Shown here piece after piece: positions 16,086 through 24,927 of a stretch of DNA of 34,823 nucleotides (the stretch's first letter is position 1; each line of letters starts with the position of its first letter). The notes under the pieces were generated by a model, which had not been told where the DNA came from, searched no databases, and worked only from the letters and a program-made list of their open reading frames with translations. The position numbers were made by a program, and so were the translations under genes. This DNA comes from a virus (lineage: Duplodnaviria > Caudoviricetes): positions 1-34,823 of IMG/VR virus record IMGVR_UViG_3300031260_000115; one strand, written 5' to 3'.

Positions 16086-17282
16086 ATGAATAAGGGACGG
16101 TACCGCGGGCATTATTATCAGCAGCTGAATCATCAGCGGATCGGGATGATGGCGCAGGGGCTGCCGGCGGTGGAGACGTCGGTCTGTTTCAAGGCGCTGC
16201 TGCTGGTCGGACAGACCCGGCAGCAATATGATTTGGCGGACGGAAGCCTGTCGGTGACCGGGGCAAAGATGAAGTCGGCGGATTTTGCGCAGTGGATTGC
16301 GGGGGTTACTCCGCAGGTGTCGGTTCCGCGGGCACAGAAGGCGATTGAGACGCTGTGTTCCGCCGGTCTGCTGGCTGTTACGAAGGCGGGATACATTAAG
16401 GTCCATGGCTGGGCGCAGGACCAGGGCGGAGCGCCTACGGCGGCGGCAGAACGCAAGAGGAGGAGTCTGGCCGCCCGGCGGCTGGCCAATGCCCGCGACG
16501 GGCTGGCCGGATATGCCGGCACGGTGTTTGAGGCGGATGATTTAATTTCGGCGATTTGCACGGCGACGAAGTACAGTCGGAAAATTTCCGTGGGTATCCT
16601 GAAGGAGCTGTCGGACGCCGGGGATGTTGTGCCCGCGGAGGGTGGACGGCTGTGTGTGCAGGCGTGTGTTTCGAGTAAGCCTGCCGCGCCTGCGGCGCTG
16701 CTGCCCCCCCGTGAGAGTGAGGGCCCTGACGGGCGTGAGAGCGGGTGTGATATGTCACAACCTGACGGTGTGACATATCACAATCATTATAATCATATTC
16801 ATAAAAGAGATTCTAACGAATCTCATGATCATGATGCGCGCGCGGATACCCGCGCTTATGAGGAGTCGCCCGAACCGCCGCTGCGCGCCGGTTCAGGTCC
16901 CGCCGACTCCATGAGGATGATCGGGGGGGGCAGCAGCGCCGCAGGCGCGGGCGTTCCGCCGAACCGTTCTTTTTCATCCGGCGGTTCGCGCGGGATCGAT
17001 GTGTGGAGTGTTGCCGATGATTGCCTGCCGGAGACGGCCTGTCGTATTTTCCAGCCGAACGAGTGGGCGAAGACACGCGGAATTCTGGAGTCTAAGCTGC
17101 TGAATTTACGGCGGCAGTTCGGTCCGCAGCAGGCGGGCATTATTTTCCGCGAGGAGGTTTCCGGGGTGCAGACGGATGTGATGTGTCCTGGGGCCCGTGA
17201 GCTGCGTTTTCCGGAGCGTGAGCTGTGCGCCCGGCTGAATGAACGGATGGGCAAACCGCGGCGGAAGGAAAGGGTGGCATGA
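16086..17282 (+). CDS. Phage replication initiation protein (replisome-organiser / lambda O-like)
   Basis: N-terminal wHTH-like AIETLCSAGLL..TKAGYIKVHGW..DQ….AERKRR. Low-complexity linker containing DNA repeats and an AT-rich tract. Confidence 0.65.
   Translation: MNKGRYRGHYYQQLNHQRIGMMAQGLPAVETSVCFKALLLVGQTRQQYDLADGSLSVTGAKMKSADFAQWIAGVTPQVSVPRAQKAIETLCSAGLLAVTKAGYIKVHGWAQDQGGAPTAAAERKRRSLAARRLANARDGLAGYAGTVFEADDLISAICTATKYSRKISVGILKELSDAGDVVPAEGGRLCVQACVSSKPAAPAALLPPRESEGPDGRESGCDMSQPDGVTYHNHYNHIHKRDSNESHDHDARADTRAYEESPEPPLRAGSGPADSMRMIGGGSSAAGAGVPPNRSFSSGGSRGIDVWSVADDCLPETACRIFQPNEWAKTRGILESKLLNLRRQFGPQQAGIIFREEVSGVQTDVMCPGARELRFPERELCARLNERMGKPRRKERVA
16746..16782. repeat. Perfect 14-bp inverted repeat inside rep, putative origin
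   Basis: TGTGATATGTCACA-N9-TGTGACATATCACA followed by an AT-rich tract (16783-16815). Confidence 0.65.
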
Positions 17283-17602
17283 TGATTTGCAAAGTCGAAT
17301 TGAAGCATGAGCTGGAGCAGTCGCTTGAAGCGGGAATGATGACGGAGCGGTTTGCGGTGCTGGCGGAGGAGATTGTCCGGGGATATTTCAGCCAGCGGAG
17401 CATGAGCGGATATCCATCATCTGTAAAAGATGAGTTTCTAAGTGAGTTTCGCCACCGAATTGTCAGGCACTGGAAAAAAATTGATCCGGGTCTTAATCCA
17501 TTTTCAGCGATTACTCAACAGGGGAAATGGGCTGGAATGACTGTTATTCGAAAATACAAAACCAGGAAAAGACTGATTGAAAAAATGGTGGATAATAAAT
17601 AG
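17279..17602 (+). CDS. T4 gp55-like minimal sigma factor, putative late transcription factor
   Basis: SGYPSSVKDEFL…WKKIDPGLNPFSAITQ…IRK parallels the recalled gp55 core FSGY…KxEMI…FD…NPxAYxTQ…RI. Last early gene before terS. ATGA-coupled to rep. Confidence 0.62.
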   Translation: MMICKVELKHELEQSLEAGMMTERFAVLAEEIVRGYFSQRSMSGYPSSVKDEFLSEFRHRIVRHWKKIDPGLNPFSAITQQGKWAGMTVIRKYKTRKRLIEKMVDNK

Positions 17603-17629
17603 CCGGAATTATTTAACGGGCGGCAGGTT

Positions 17630-18229
17630 ATGGCAAAAAAGGCAGTAGACAAAAGTAGACAGGCGGCGAAGAAGAGCACGGGGAAGAAGCGGACGGCGGC
17701 GAAGAAGCGGCGGGCACAGCAGCGTGCGGCGGCGAAACCGCTATCTGAACGGGCGCTGAAGTTTGCGCATGAGTATGCGGCGCACGGACTTAACGGAACG
17801 GCGGCGGCGATTGCGGCCGGGTATGCCGAACGGACGGCTAATCGGCAGGCGAGCCGGCTGCTGGATGATCCACGGGTACTGAAGCTGATTGCCGAGGTGG
17901 TGGCGGTGCCGCTGGCTGTTGCCGAGGTGACAACGGAACGTGTGCTGCAGGAGCTGGCGGCGATTGCGTTTGTGGATCCGGCGGACATCTGGGAAGACGG
18001 CGGTACGATTCGGAATATTTCGGATATCCCGACGCAGGCGCGGCGGGCGATTGCGGGCATCAGCCGCCGGGATACGAAGGAAGGAATAAGTATTGCGCTG
18101 AAGATGCACTCGAAGCCGGCTGCGCTGGAGACGCTGGGTAAATATCTGCGGATGTTCGGGACGCAGCTGCCGGAGGTTCCTCCCGGATCGCATGTTGATT
18201 TCCGCATGGTGGTGCATAAGGGGGATTGA
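17630..18229 (+). CDS. terS: Terminase small subunit
   Basis: KFAHEY…NGTAAAIAAGY..RTA…ASRLL..P.V, ERVLQELAAIAF, K..ALE.LGKYL.MF. Confidence 0.92.
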   Translation: MAKKAVDKSRQAAKKSTGKKRTAAKKRRAQQRAAAKPLSERALKFAHEYAAHGLNGTAAAIAAGYAERTANRQASRLLDDPRVLKLIAEVVAVPLAVAEVTTERVLQELAAIAFVDPADIWEDGGTIRNISDIPTQARRAIAGISRRDTKEGISIALKMHSKPAALETLGKYLRMFGTQLPEVPPGSHVDFRMVVHKGD

Positions 18230-19635
18230 TGGCCGTTGTCGTTAAAGAGGTGCCGGTGACCGTTAATTATGAGCGGCTGGTTAAAACGACATTGCCTGAA
18301 TATACGGAATGGCTGAATACGGAGCATCCGGCGCATCCTGCGCAGCGTCTCGGCGGATGGAATATGCCGGGTCAGCCGTACCGTCCGACCCGCAAGCGGT
18401 ACAGTGTTCTGGAGGGCAGTTCAGGATCGTCGAAGACGATTTCAATTCTGCAGTATCTTATCTCGCATCATCTTCTCCGTCGTAAAAAGATCCGGGTGGA
18501 CTGTTTCCGTCATGATCAGTCAACCTGCAATGATTCGGTGGTTGATGATTTCATGTTTGTGATGGGCCCGGACGGGTTTGACCTGTGGGATGACCGGGCG
18601 TGGAACAAGCAGCGGCTGGAATACCGGTTTTCGACGGGTTCGCGGCTGCGGTTCAGGGGATGCCAGAAGCCGGGCAAGCTGCACGGTCCGCGGCGGGATA
18701 TCGCCTGGCTGAATGAGGTGACGGAAATCTCGTATGAGAGTTTCCGGCAGATCAATGCGCGGACGAATGATTTCATTATCATGGATTTCAATCCGTCGCT
18801 GTCGGTGCACTGGGTGTTTGAGCGCATTCTGAAGCAGGCGGCGGACCGGGTGGATTATTTTCATTCGACGTTTAGGGATAATCCGTTCATCAGTCCGGAA
18901 TCCCGCGCGGATATTCTGAGCTGGGAACCGACGGTGGAGAATATCAAGGCCGGGACGGCCGATAAGTGGGCGTGGGAGGTTTACGGACTCGGCAAGCGGG
19001 CGCGGCGTGAAGGGGCGATATTCAGCAACTGGAAGGTTCTGGAGGATGAGCAGTGGCCGAAGCAGCTGTATGCGCGGCAGCGGGACGGGCATTTTGTGGA
19101 TTTCGGTTTTTCGCAGGATCCGACGGCGGTCGGGCGGTCGTTTCTGCTGCGCGACTGTCTGTATGTGCGGGAGATTGTCTACGAGACGGGCCTGATTACG
19201 ACGGTGAACCAGACGAACCCGGATAAACCGAGCCTGGAGCTGCGGCTGAGGGAGGCAATAGAGGTTGGTCTGTTCGATCCGGACCTTGAGCTGGTCGGTG
19301 ATGCAGCGGCAGCGGAGGAGATTGCGGACCTGCAGGCGAGCGGATTCAATGCGGTTTCGTGTGAGAAGGGTGCCGGATCAATACAGTACGGGATCAACCT
19401 GCTGAAACAATTCACGATCTATGTTCACCGTGACAGTACGAATTTCCAGAAGGAGCTGGAGAATTACGCCTGGAAGAAGATGCCGGACGGGACGTTTTCG
19501 GATGAACCGGAGGACCGGTTTAATCATTTGATCGACGGACTGCGCTACTGGGGGATGCGCAACCTGAAACCGCGGGCGCTCGCTGTGAACCGCAACCGCT
19601 ATCGCAGCCATGCGGCGCGAAAGCTGAGGAGGTGA
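18226..19635 (+). CDS. terL: Terminase large subunit, PBSX/SPP1-like
   Basis: Walker A-like EGSSGSSKT, Walker B AWLNE, DFNP, STFRDNPF, nuclease DFGF..DP and NHLIDGLRY. Confidence 0.94.
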   Translation: MMAVVVKEVPVTVNYERLVKTTLPEYTEWLNTEHPAHPAQRLGGWNMPGQPYRPTRKRYSVLEGSSGSSKTISILQYLISHHLLRRKKIRVDCFRHDQSTCNDSVVDDFMFVMGPDGFDLWDDRAWNKQRLEYRFSTGSRLRFRGCQKPGKLHGPRRDIAWLNEVTEISYESFRQINARTNDFIIMDFNPSLSVHWVFERILKQAADRVDYFHSTFRDNPFISPESRADILSWEPTVENIKAGTADKWAWEVYGLGKRARREGAIFSNWKVLEDEQWPKQLYARQRDGHFVDFGFSQDPTAVGRSFLLRDCLYVREIVYETGLITTVNQTNPDKPSLELRLREAIEVGLFDPDLELVGDAAAAEEIADLQASGFNAVSCEKGAGSIQYGINLLKQFTIYVHRDSTNFQKELENYAWKKMPDGTFSDEPEDRFNHLIDGLRYWGMRNLKPRALAVNRNRYRSHAARKLRR

Positions 19636-19639
19636 AGCG

Positions 19640-20176
19640 ATGACGAGGAACGGCGATGTGTTTATTCACTTGGATCCGATGCCCGGCGAGGTGCTGGGGG
19701 TATACAGAGAATTATGCGGGGAACTGGATTTCTTGCCGGAGCATCTGCGGTCGGAGGACGGATGGATGGATTATTTCCAGCCGCGCGGTCGGCGGGACAT
19801 CGCGTTCTGTCCGGTGGTGATCGAAATAGATGGTCGCTTTCCGGTGATCATCTGGATGACGGACTACTGCGCGGACAGCCGTTCGGCGCAAATCCATTTT
19901 GCGGCGCACGGACGGTACAGGCTGAAGACGGTTTTCGGCACGGCGAGGCTGGCGGTGAACATGATACTCGGTTCGCGTGAAATCGATCTGCTGCAGGCGT
20001 TTTATACTCCAGACAACCGGCGGGCGGCGCATGCGGCCGCAGAGATGGGGTTCCGGATTTATGCGCGCACTGCGCGCTGCGTATATAGTTTTGCTGCGCG
20101 ACGCGGCACGATGAATTCCAACGGAGGGTTAAATGGGCAAGAGCAAGAAGCCGAAGAAGATCGAACCGGAGGTTGA
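19640..20176 (+). CDS. GNAT-fold (acetyltransferase-like) protein
   Basis: AQIHF…A….DNRRA…A..MGF matches the RimJ-type GNAT C-terminal motif. Confidence 0.6.
   Translation: MTRNGDVFIHLDPMPGEVLGVYRELCGELDFLPEHLRSEDGWMDYFQPRGRRDIAFCPVVIEIDGRFPVIIWMTDYCADSRSAQIHFAAHGRYRLKTVFGTARLAVNMILGSREIDLLQAFYTPDNRRAAHAAAEMGFRIYARTARCVYSFAARRGTMNSNGGLNGQEQEAEEDRTGG
20078..20088 (+). promoter_or_regulatory. Putative late promoter motif TGCGTATATAG, copy 2
   Basis: Identical 11-mer, 44 bp upstream of the first head-module gene. Confidence 0.6.
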
Positions 20177-20336
20177 ACCGGCTCCCGTGACACCGGAGAG
20201 CGAAGAGGTTGCAGCCGCGGCGGATGCCGAACGGCGGAGGCTGCAGAAGCAGCGGGGCCGGGCGAATACCTATCGTGTCAATCCGGCCTACAGCGGGCAG
20301 TTTGTTAATTCCCTGAAAACAAAGACGGGTGACTGA
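20133..20336 (+). CDS. Small virion assembly protein preceding portal (T7 gp7.3-like position)
   Basis: GGAGG RBS, MG-K/P-rich start, basic helix. Its stop overlaps the portal ATG. Confidence 0.7.
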   Translation: MGKSKKPKKIEPEVEPAPVTPESEEVAAAADAERRRLQKQRGRANTYRVNPAYSGQFVNSLKTKTGD

Positions 20337-22012
20337 TGGCCAAAACGATTGCAGAGAAGATTATCCGGACGCGGGATGACCTGAAGAGTAAGCGGAGTAC
20401 GTACAAGACGCTCTGTGATGAAGCCTGCCGACTGTTCAATCCGGAGATGGAGGATTTGATGTCGAATACGGAAGGCTCAGAGATTCTGCAGCCGATTGTT
20501 TCGACGGGCATTCTGGCACAGGAACGACTTACAGCGGGACTGTTTTCGAACACGATGAGCATGGGCCGCGGAAACATCAAAGACGAAGATCCGCGGAAGA
20601 TGAAGAGTGCGTCGGTGAAGCGGTTTTATACAGCGCTGGGCAAGGAGACGCATCAGCGGATACAGACGAGTCCGTTTCCTGAGAAATACAATTCGATGCT
20701 GGAAGGGTTTGATGTGCGCGGGGAAGGGGTTATGTATGTGCATTTCAACCGTGAAACCCGGCAGCATGAATATATGGTGTATCCGGCGATCAAATGTTTT
20801 CCGGTACGCGATGTGAAGGGCAGTGTGGTGGAGATGTACCGTGAATATGAGTTGTCGGCGCAGCAGGCGGTGCTGGAGTTCGGGGAAGAGAATGTGTCGC
20901 AGGAGCTGCGCAACGCGTATGATCGCGATGATTATAATCTGAAATTCGAATTCATCCATGCGATGCGACCGCGCAAGGTGAGGGATCGGCGGCGGCTGGA
21001 TGCGCAGAATATGCGCTTCGAGAGCGTTCATATCGAGGTGGCACAGAAGAAGAAGGTTCGTGTTTCCGGTGCACGGCGGATGCGTTATCTGATGCCGAGG
21101 TTTTACGTTCGGGATGATGAAGAGTGCGGACGTTCGCCGGCTATGAGGGCGCTGCCGGTTGCCAGGACGCTGATGAAGGTGGTCAGTGATCATATGGACG
21201 GGGTTGAAATCGGCGTTGCTCCGCCGATTTTCCTGCCGGATAAGGATGCGGTGGAGAGCGCCTGCCTGGAAGCGTTCGGAGTGAATTACTGCGATACGGG
21301 CAAGGGCCAGATTTTCACCTATACCGGCAACGGAAATCTGCAGATGAGTTCTGATTTCATTGATTTTCTGAAGGAAGAACTGAACAAGCTGCATTACGTT
21401 GATCTGTTTACGATGCTGGAGCAAATGAAGGACCGGCAGAAAACCGCGTATGAAATTTCTCAGTTGATCGGGGAGCGCATCCAGGCAATCAGTCCGGTGG
21501 TGAACCGGTTGAGCAACGGATTTTTTGCACCGCTGTATGAAATTGTCGCGGAAGATATCATAGATTACGGCCTGCTGAACGAAACGATTCCACCCGAACT
21601 GCTGGTGGATAAAGGCGATGGACAGGGCAGCGGATTCCGGGTGATCTACACGAGCCGTCTGGATGTTCAGCTGGCGGATATGGAGATATCGAGCCTGTCA
21701 CAGGCTATTCAGCAGGCGGCGGAAATGGTCGCGGGCATTGAGCAGATTCCGCGTCTGGCGGCTGCGGTGAAGATCAGCAAGCTGATTGAGAAGATTTTCG
21801 AGGCAAAGAATGTTGATGTCGAGATCCTGTATACGGAAACCGAAACGGAAGACAATTGGGACGAGTACCTCAAATCGAAGGAAGAAGCTGCGGCACGTGA
21901 ACAGTTAGCCGGGGCCGTCAAACCGGTTGATGTGCAGAAGCGATCGGAAGAGGAGAGCCCTGCGGACCTGGCGGGACAAATGATGGATGAAAATATGACG
22001 GTGGCAATCTGA
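20336..22012 (+). CDS. Portal / head-to-tail connector (T7 gp8/BPP-1-like)
   Basis: 558 aa. STG..A…L.AGL, GRSPAMRALP, TAYEI motifs. Synteny. Confidence 0.9.
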   Translation: MAKTIAEKIIRTRDDLKSKRSTYKTLCDEACRLFNPEMEDLMSNTEGSEILQPIVSTGILAQERLTAGLFSNTMSMGRGNIKDEDPRKMKSASVKRFYTALGKETHQRIQTSPFPEKYNSMLEGFDVRGEGVMYVHFNRETRQHEYMVYPAIKCFPVRDVKGSVVEMYREYELSAQQAVLEFGEENVSQELRNAYDRDDYNLKFEFIHAMRPRKVRDRRRLDAQNMRFESVHIEVAQKKKVRVSGARRMRYLMPRFYVRDDEECGRSPAMRALPVARTLMKVVSDHMDGVEIGVAPPIFLPDKDAVESACLEAFGVNYCDTGKGQIFTYTGNGNLQMSSDFIDFLKEELNKLHYVDLFTMLEQMKDRQKTAYEISQLIGERIQAISPVVNRLSNGFFAPLYEIVAEDIIDYGLLNETIPPELLVDKGDGQGSGFRVIYTSRLDVQLADMEISSLSQAIQQAAEMVAGIEQIPRLAAAVKISKLIEKIFEAKNVDVEILYTETETEDNWDEYLKSKEEAAAREQLAGAVKPVDVQKRSEEESPADLAGQMMDENMTVAI

Positions 22013-22287
22013 TGGCAGTTAGAGCGGACAGGACGAAACGCGGCGGATCGGACGCTGAACAGCGCCGGCGTACGGCACGGTTCAAGAAAGTGTTCGGAAC
22101 TCCGGACGGGCGCAGGGTTCTGGATGATCTGCTGGATCATCTCGGCGTAAACGGCCGGCTGTTTGCAACCGATTCGCGCATTCAGGAACACAATGTGGCG
22201 AGAAACGATTTCGGGGTATGGATTCTGGAGCAGATCAACTGGAAGCCGAAAATGAAATCAAAAGAAGGAGGAGAAACGGATGAGTGA
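22012..22287 (+). CDS. Bbp19-like small protein
   Basis: FKKVFGTPDGRRVLDDL motif, immediately after portal. Confidence 0.7.
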   Translation: MAVRADRTKRGGSDAEQRRRTARFKKVFGTPDGRRVLDDLLDHLGVNGRLFATDSRIQEHNVARNDFGVWILEQINWKPKMKSKEGGETDE

Positions 22288-22690
22288 AATAAAACTGACC
22301 GAAGAACTGATTCTGAGCGGTGAAGTGGATGAAAAAAAAGTCACGGCGAAGGATCTGGACGAGTTTATCGCCGCTGAGGGTCTGGATGTGAAGCCGGGAA
22401 AAACAAAAGCGGATACGCTGAAAGCGATCTACATGGCGTTGACCGTGACCGATGATGATGTCGGAGATGCCGATCTCGAAACTGACGCTGATGAGATCTC
22501 TGGTGATAAGTTAAACGATGCTGCGCCTGCGGCGGTTAGCGGAGATCCGGCGGTGAAGGGATCGAATTATCTGCAACGTCGCGCAAAACAGATTGCCGCC
22601 GGGCGCGGAAATATGGCGGCGATTACGTCCAGGAAGGAAGAGGACGCGAAGAAAAGCAGTTATATCGCCCGGCGTCTGCGCAAAAAATAA
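22280..22690 (+). CDS. Hypothetical acidic protein, possible HeH/LEM-like motif
   Basis: Strong GGAGGAG RBS. TAKDLDEFIAAEGLDV….TKAD.L.AI pattern. Confidence 0.6.
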   Translation: MSEIKLTEELILSGEVDEKKVTAKDLDEFIAAEGLDVKPGKTKADTLKAIYMALTVTDDDVGDADLETDADEISGDKLNDAAPAAVSGDPAVKGSNYLQRRAKQIAAGRGNMAAITSRKEEDAKKSSYIARRLRKK

Positions 22691-22701
22691 AGAGGTGATC
22701 T

Positions 22702-23673
22702 ATGCTGAAATTCATATTGTCGATGTATGTCCCGATGCTGCTGTGCGGCCTGGTCGGGTTTGCTGAAGAGGGCGGAGGAGAAGGCGATGCCGGAGGTGCG
22801 GCAGGAGGAGAGGGTGATCCGGGCGGCACAGGTGAAACCGTTGATAACGGGTCTACGGTATCACGTGATCTGACCCATGATGAGCAGATCAGTTCCAGCC
22901 GCAAGGCGGCGGAGAAACCCTGGTATGAAGGGCTGGTTTCCGATCCGGCTGTTTTGACAGATAAGGACCGTGAATACAAAAGTTTCGATGAGTATGTCAA
23001 GGGGGCCCAGAACGCGCGGCAGCTGGCGGCGGCCAAGGGGATACCGATTCCGGGCAAGGATGCGACGGATGAACAGAAAGCGGCGTTTCGAGCGGAGGTG
23101 CTGAAGCATTTTCCGGATCTGCCGCTGGCTCCTGAATCTGCGGACGGCTATGAGCTGGAGATGTTCAAGGATTCGGAACTGGGCGAAGAGCGGCAGACGG
23201 CGATCAAGACGTCGTTTCACAAAGCCGGTCTGAGCAATGCGCATGCGGGTGCCGTGATGGATATTTATGCGGAGCAGGTGGCGCAGGACATGCAGGAGGC
23301 GCAGGCGCAGATTGAAGCCACGCGCAAAGCGACGGACGCGGAGCTGAAGAAAGAATGGGGCCCCGAATATGATGAGCGCACGGCGGGCATACAGACGGTT
23401 GAAAAACGGTATGCCGGGTTTGTGGAGAAGGCCAAAGCCTATGGACTGGATGCGGATATCGATTTCAGGCATATGCTGGATGATGTGGCGCGCAGTACCG
23501 CCGAGGATAATCCGGGCGGCGGCGGTTCGGGCGGTGAATCGGTGGATGAGCAGATAAAAACGGTACGCGCCAGCGATGAATACCGGAACGGAAATGCATT
23601 GACACGGCAGCGGGTGATTAAAGAAAAACTTGAACCGCTGTATAAAAAAAGGGAACAGATGCGCAAAAAATAA
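22702..23673 (+). CDS. Capsid assembly scaffolding protein
   Basis: Gly/acidic N-terminus, P….GYEL, GLS..A, LKKEWG.EY motifs. Precedes the capsid gene. Confidence 0.85.
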   Translation: MLKFILSMYVPMLLCGLVGFAEEGGGEGDAGGAAGGEGDPGGTGETVDNGSTVSRDLTHDEQISSSRKAAEKPWYEGLVSDPAVLTDKDREYKSFDEYVKGAQNARQLAAAKGIPIPGKDATDEQKAAFRAEVLKHFPDLPLAPESADGYELEMFKDSELGEERQTAIKTSFHKAGLSNAHAGAVMDIYAEQVAQDMQEAQAQIEATRKATDAELKKEWGPEYDERTAGIQTVEKRYAGFVEKAKAYGLDADIDFRHMLDDVARSTAEDNPGGGGSGGESVDEQIKTVRASDEYRNGNALTRQRVIKEKLEPLYKKREQMRKK

Positions 23674-23695
23674 ATAATTGAAATTGAAAGGGTGA

Positions 23696-23706
23696 TGCGT
23701 ATATAG
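23696..23706 (+). promoter_or_regulatory. Putative late promoter motif TGCGTATATAG, copy 3
   Basis: Identical 11-mer in the intergenic region upstream of the major capsid gene. Confidence 0.65.
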
Positions 23707-23733
23707 GCTGAGGGAACACCTCGGCCCTTTTTT
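23706..23733 (+). terminator. Intrinsic terminator-like hairpin after scaffold
   Basis: GGCTGAGG-GAACA-CCTCGGCC (8 bp, one G-U) followed by C and six T. Confidence 0.6.
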
Positions 23734-23870
23734 CGGCCTGAGCCCCTCCATCCGCGTGGAACGCGGCGGGTGGCGGCGGAACCGCAAGCGAGCCCCCTCC
23801 TTCGGAGGAATACGGCGAACGAGTTGGGAGAAATCCCGGTTTGTGAACTGAAAAACTGAAGGAGGAAATT

Positions 23871-24854
23871 ATGGCAAGTCAAAATGTACATATGTTTGAA
23901 CTGTTCAGTGACAACATCACTGACATGCTCGGGGAGCACCCGAACCATTCCATCCTGGCGCATCTGTGCGAGGAAGGGGCCGGATCCGGAAAGGGAGTCT
24001 GGCTACCGGGGCTTGATCCCGGAAACAGCGATGATGCTGAAGGGATCGAACTTTCTGCGGCGGATACGCTGAAAAAATTCCGCCAGCTCGATGACGCGAG
24101 CCAGAGCTGGGAAGAATACAAAAAGACGCTGACGCCGTTCATGGACGTGAGCAAGCTGACAACCTGGAGTTCTCCGCAGCGAAATGAATGGGGCCACACG
24201 ATTGAGGAAGATGAAGAGTGGCAGGAAATTGCTGATCCGAAGAGCTCAACAGTGAATACCGGGATGCGCAAGATCTTTAAAAAGCGCGACATCCGGTTTC
24301 TGCTGGCTGCAACGGCGGCATCAGTCAGCCGGAAGGACAATGACAACGACGCACTGTATGCAATGACGCTGCCGGCGTCGCAGACGCTGGATGACATGAC
24401 CTTTGCCGATGTGACGGTGGATACGCTACCGAGCATGATCCGGCATAAGTTCAGCAATGTGTGGTACGCAATCGGCATGCCGATTTACTGCGCGATCAGT
24501 TCGACGCTGGCATATAACTTCCGCAAAAACAGCCGGAATCAGATTCACAACAACGATTTTGTGAACAGTTATGAACATTTCCGGCAGGGGACGATTCCGA
24601 CGATCGAAGGGGTCACGTTCATTGAAATGCCAGACAGCATCATGGCGAACATTACAGCGGCTGAAGTGGTTGATTCGTATGTGGCCTGGGTGCCGAACGC
24701 GATCAAACGGGTGTCGTATAAGGCGATTAAAACGAGCATGGGCAATTCGATTATGAATCGCGATGCGACGGTGATCTATGTGCGCGAAAAAGAGGATTAC
24801 AAGCGCATCGATGATCTGGGCGTAGTGGTCGGCGATATTATCGCCGCGGCCTGA
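23871..24854 (+). CDS. Major capsid protein
   Basis: 327 aa between scaffold and tail tubular A. Strong GAAGGAGG RBS, downstream terminator, C-terminal RIDD.GVV. Confidence 0.82.
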   Translation: MASQNVHMFELFSDNITDMLGEHPNHSILAHLCEEGAGSGKGVWLPGLDPGNSDDAEGIELSAADTLKKFRQLDDASQSWEEYKKTLTPFMDVSKLTTWSSPQRNEWGHTIEEDEEWQEIADPKSSTVNTGMRKIFKKRDIRFLLAATAASVSRKDNDNDALYAMTLPASQTLDDMTFADVTVDTLPSMIRHKFSNVWYAIGMPIYCAISSTLAYNFRKNSRNQIHNNDFVNSYEHFRQGTIPTIEGVTFIEMPDSIMANITAAEVVDSYVAWVPNAIKRVSYKAIKTSMGNSIMNRDATVIYVREKEDYKRIDDLGVVVGDIIAAA

Positions 24855-24877
24855 TCCGTGTAAATGAAGAGTAAAGC

Positions 24878-24910
24878 AAAGGCGGAGCGGGCGACCGCCC
24901 CGCCTTTTTT
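24878..24910 (+). terminator. Intrinsic terminator after the capsid gene
   Basis: GGCGGAGCGG-GCGA-CCGCCCCGCC followed by TTTTTT. Confidence 0.85.
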
Positions 24911-24927
24911 AAAGAACGGAGGAAAAG

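Noticed and set aside
16746-16782. CRP/FNR binding sites
   Set aside because: The half-sites TGTGA/TCACA are spaced by 4 bp rather than 6 and lie mid-gene in rep. Iteron-like sites fit better.
17594-17602. AATAAATAG before terS as a fourth late promoter
   Set aside because: It resembles T4 TATAAATA but lacks the TGCG-TATATAG consensus of the other three, and may simply be the AT-rich end of the upstream gene.
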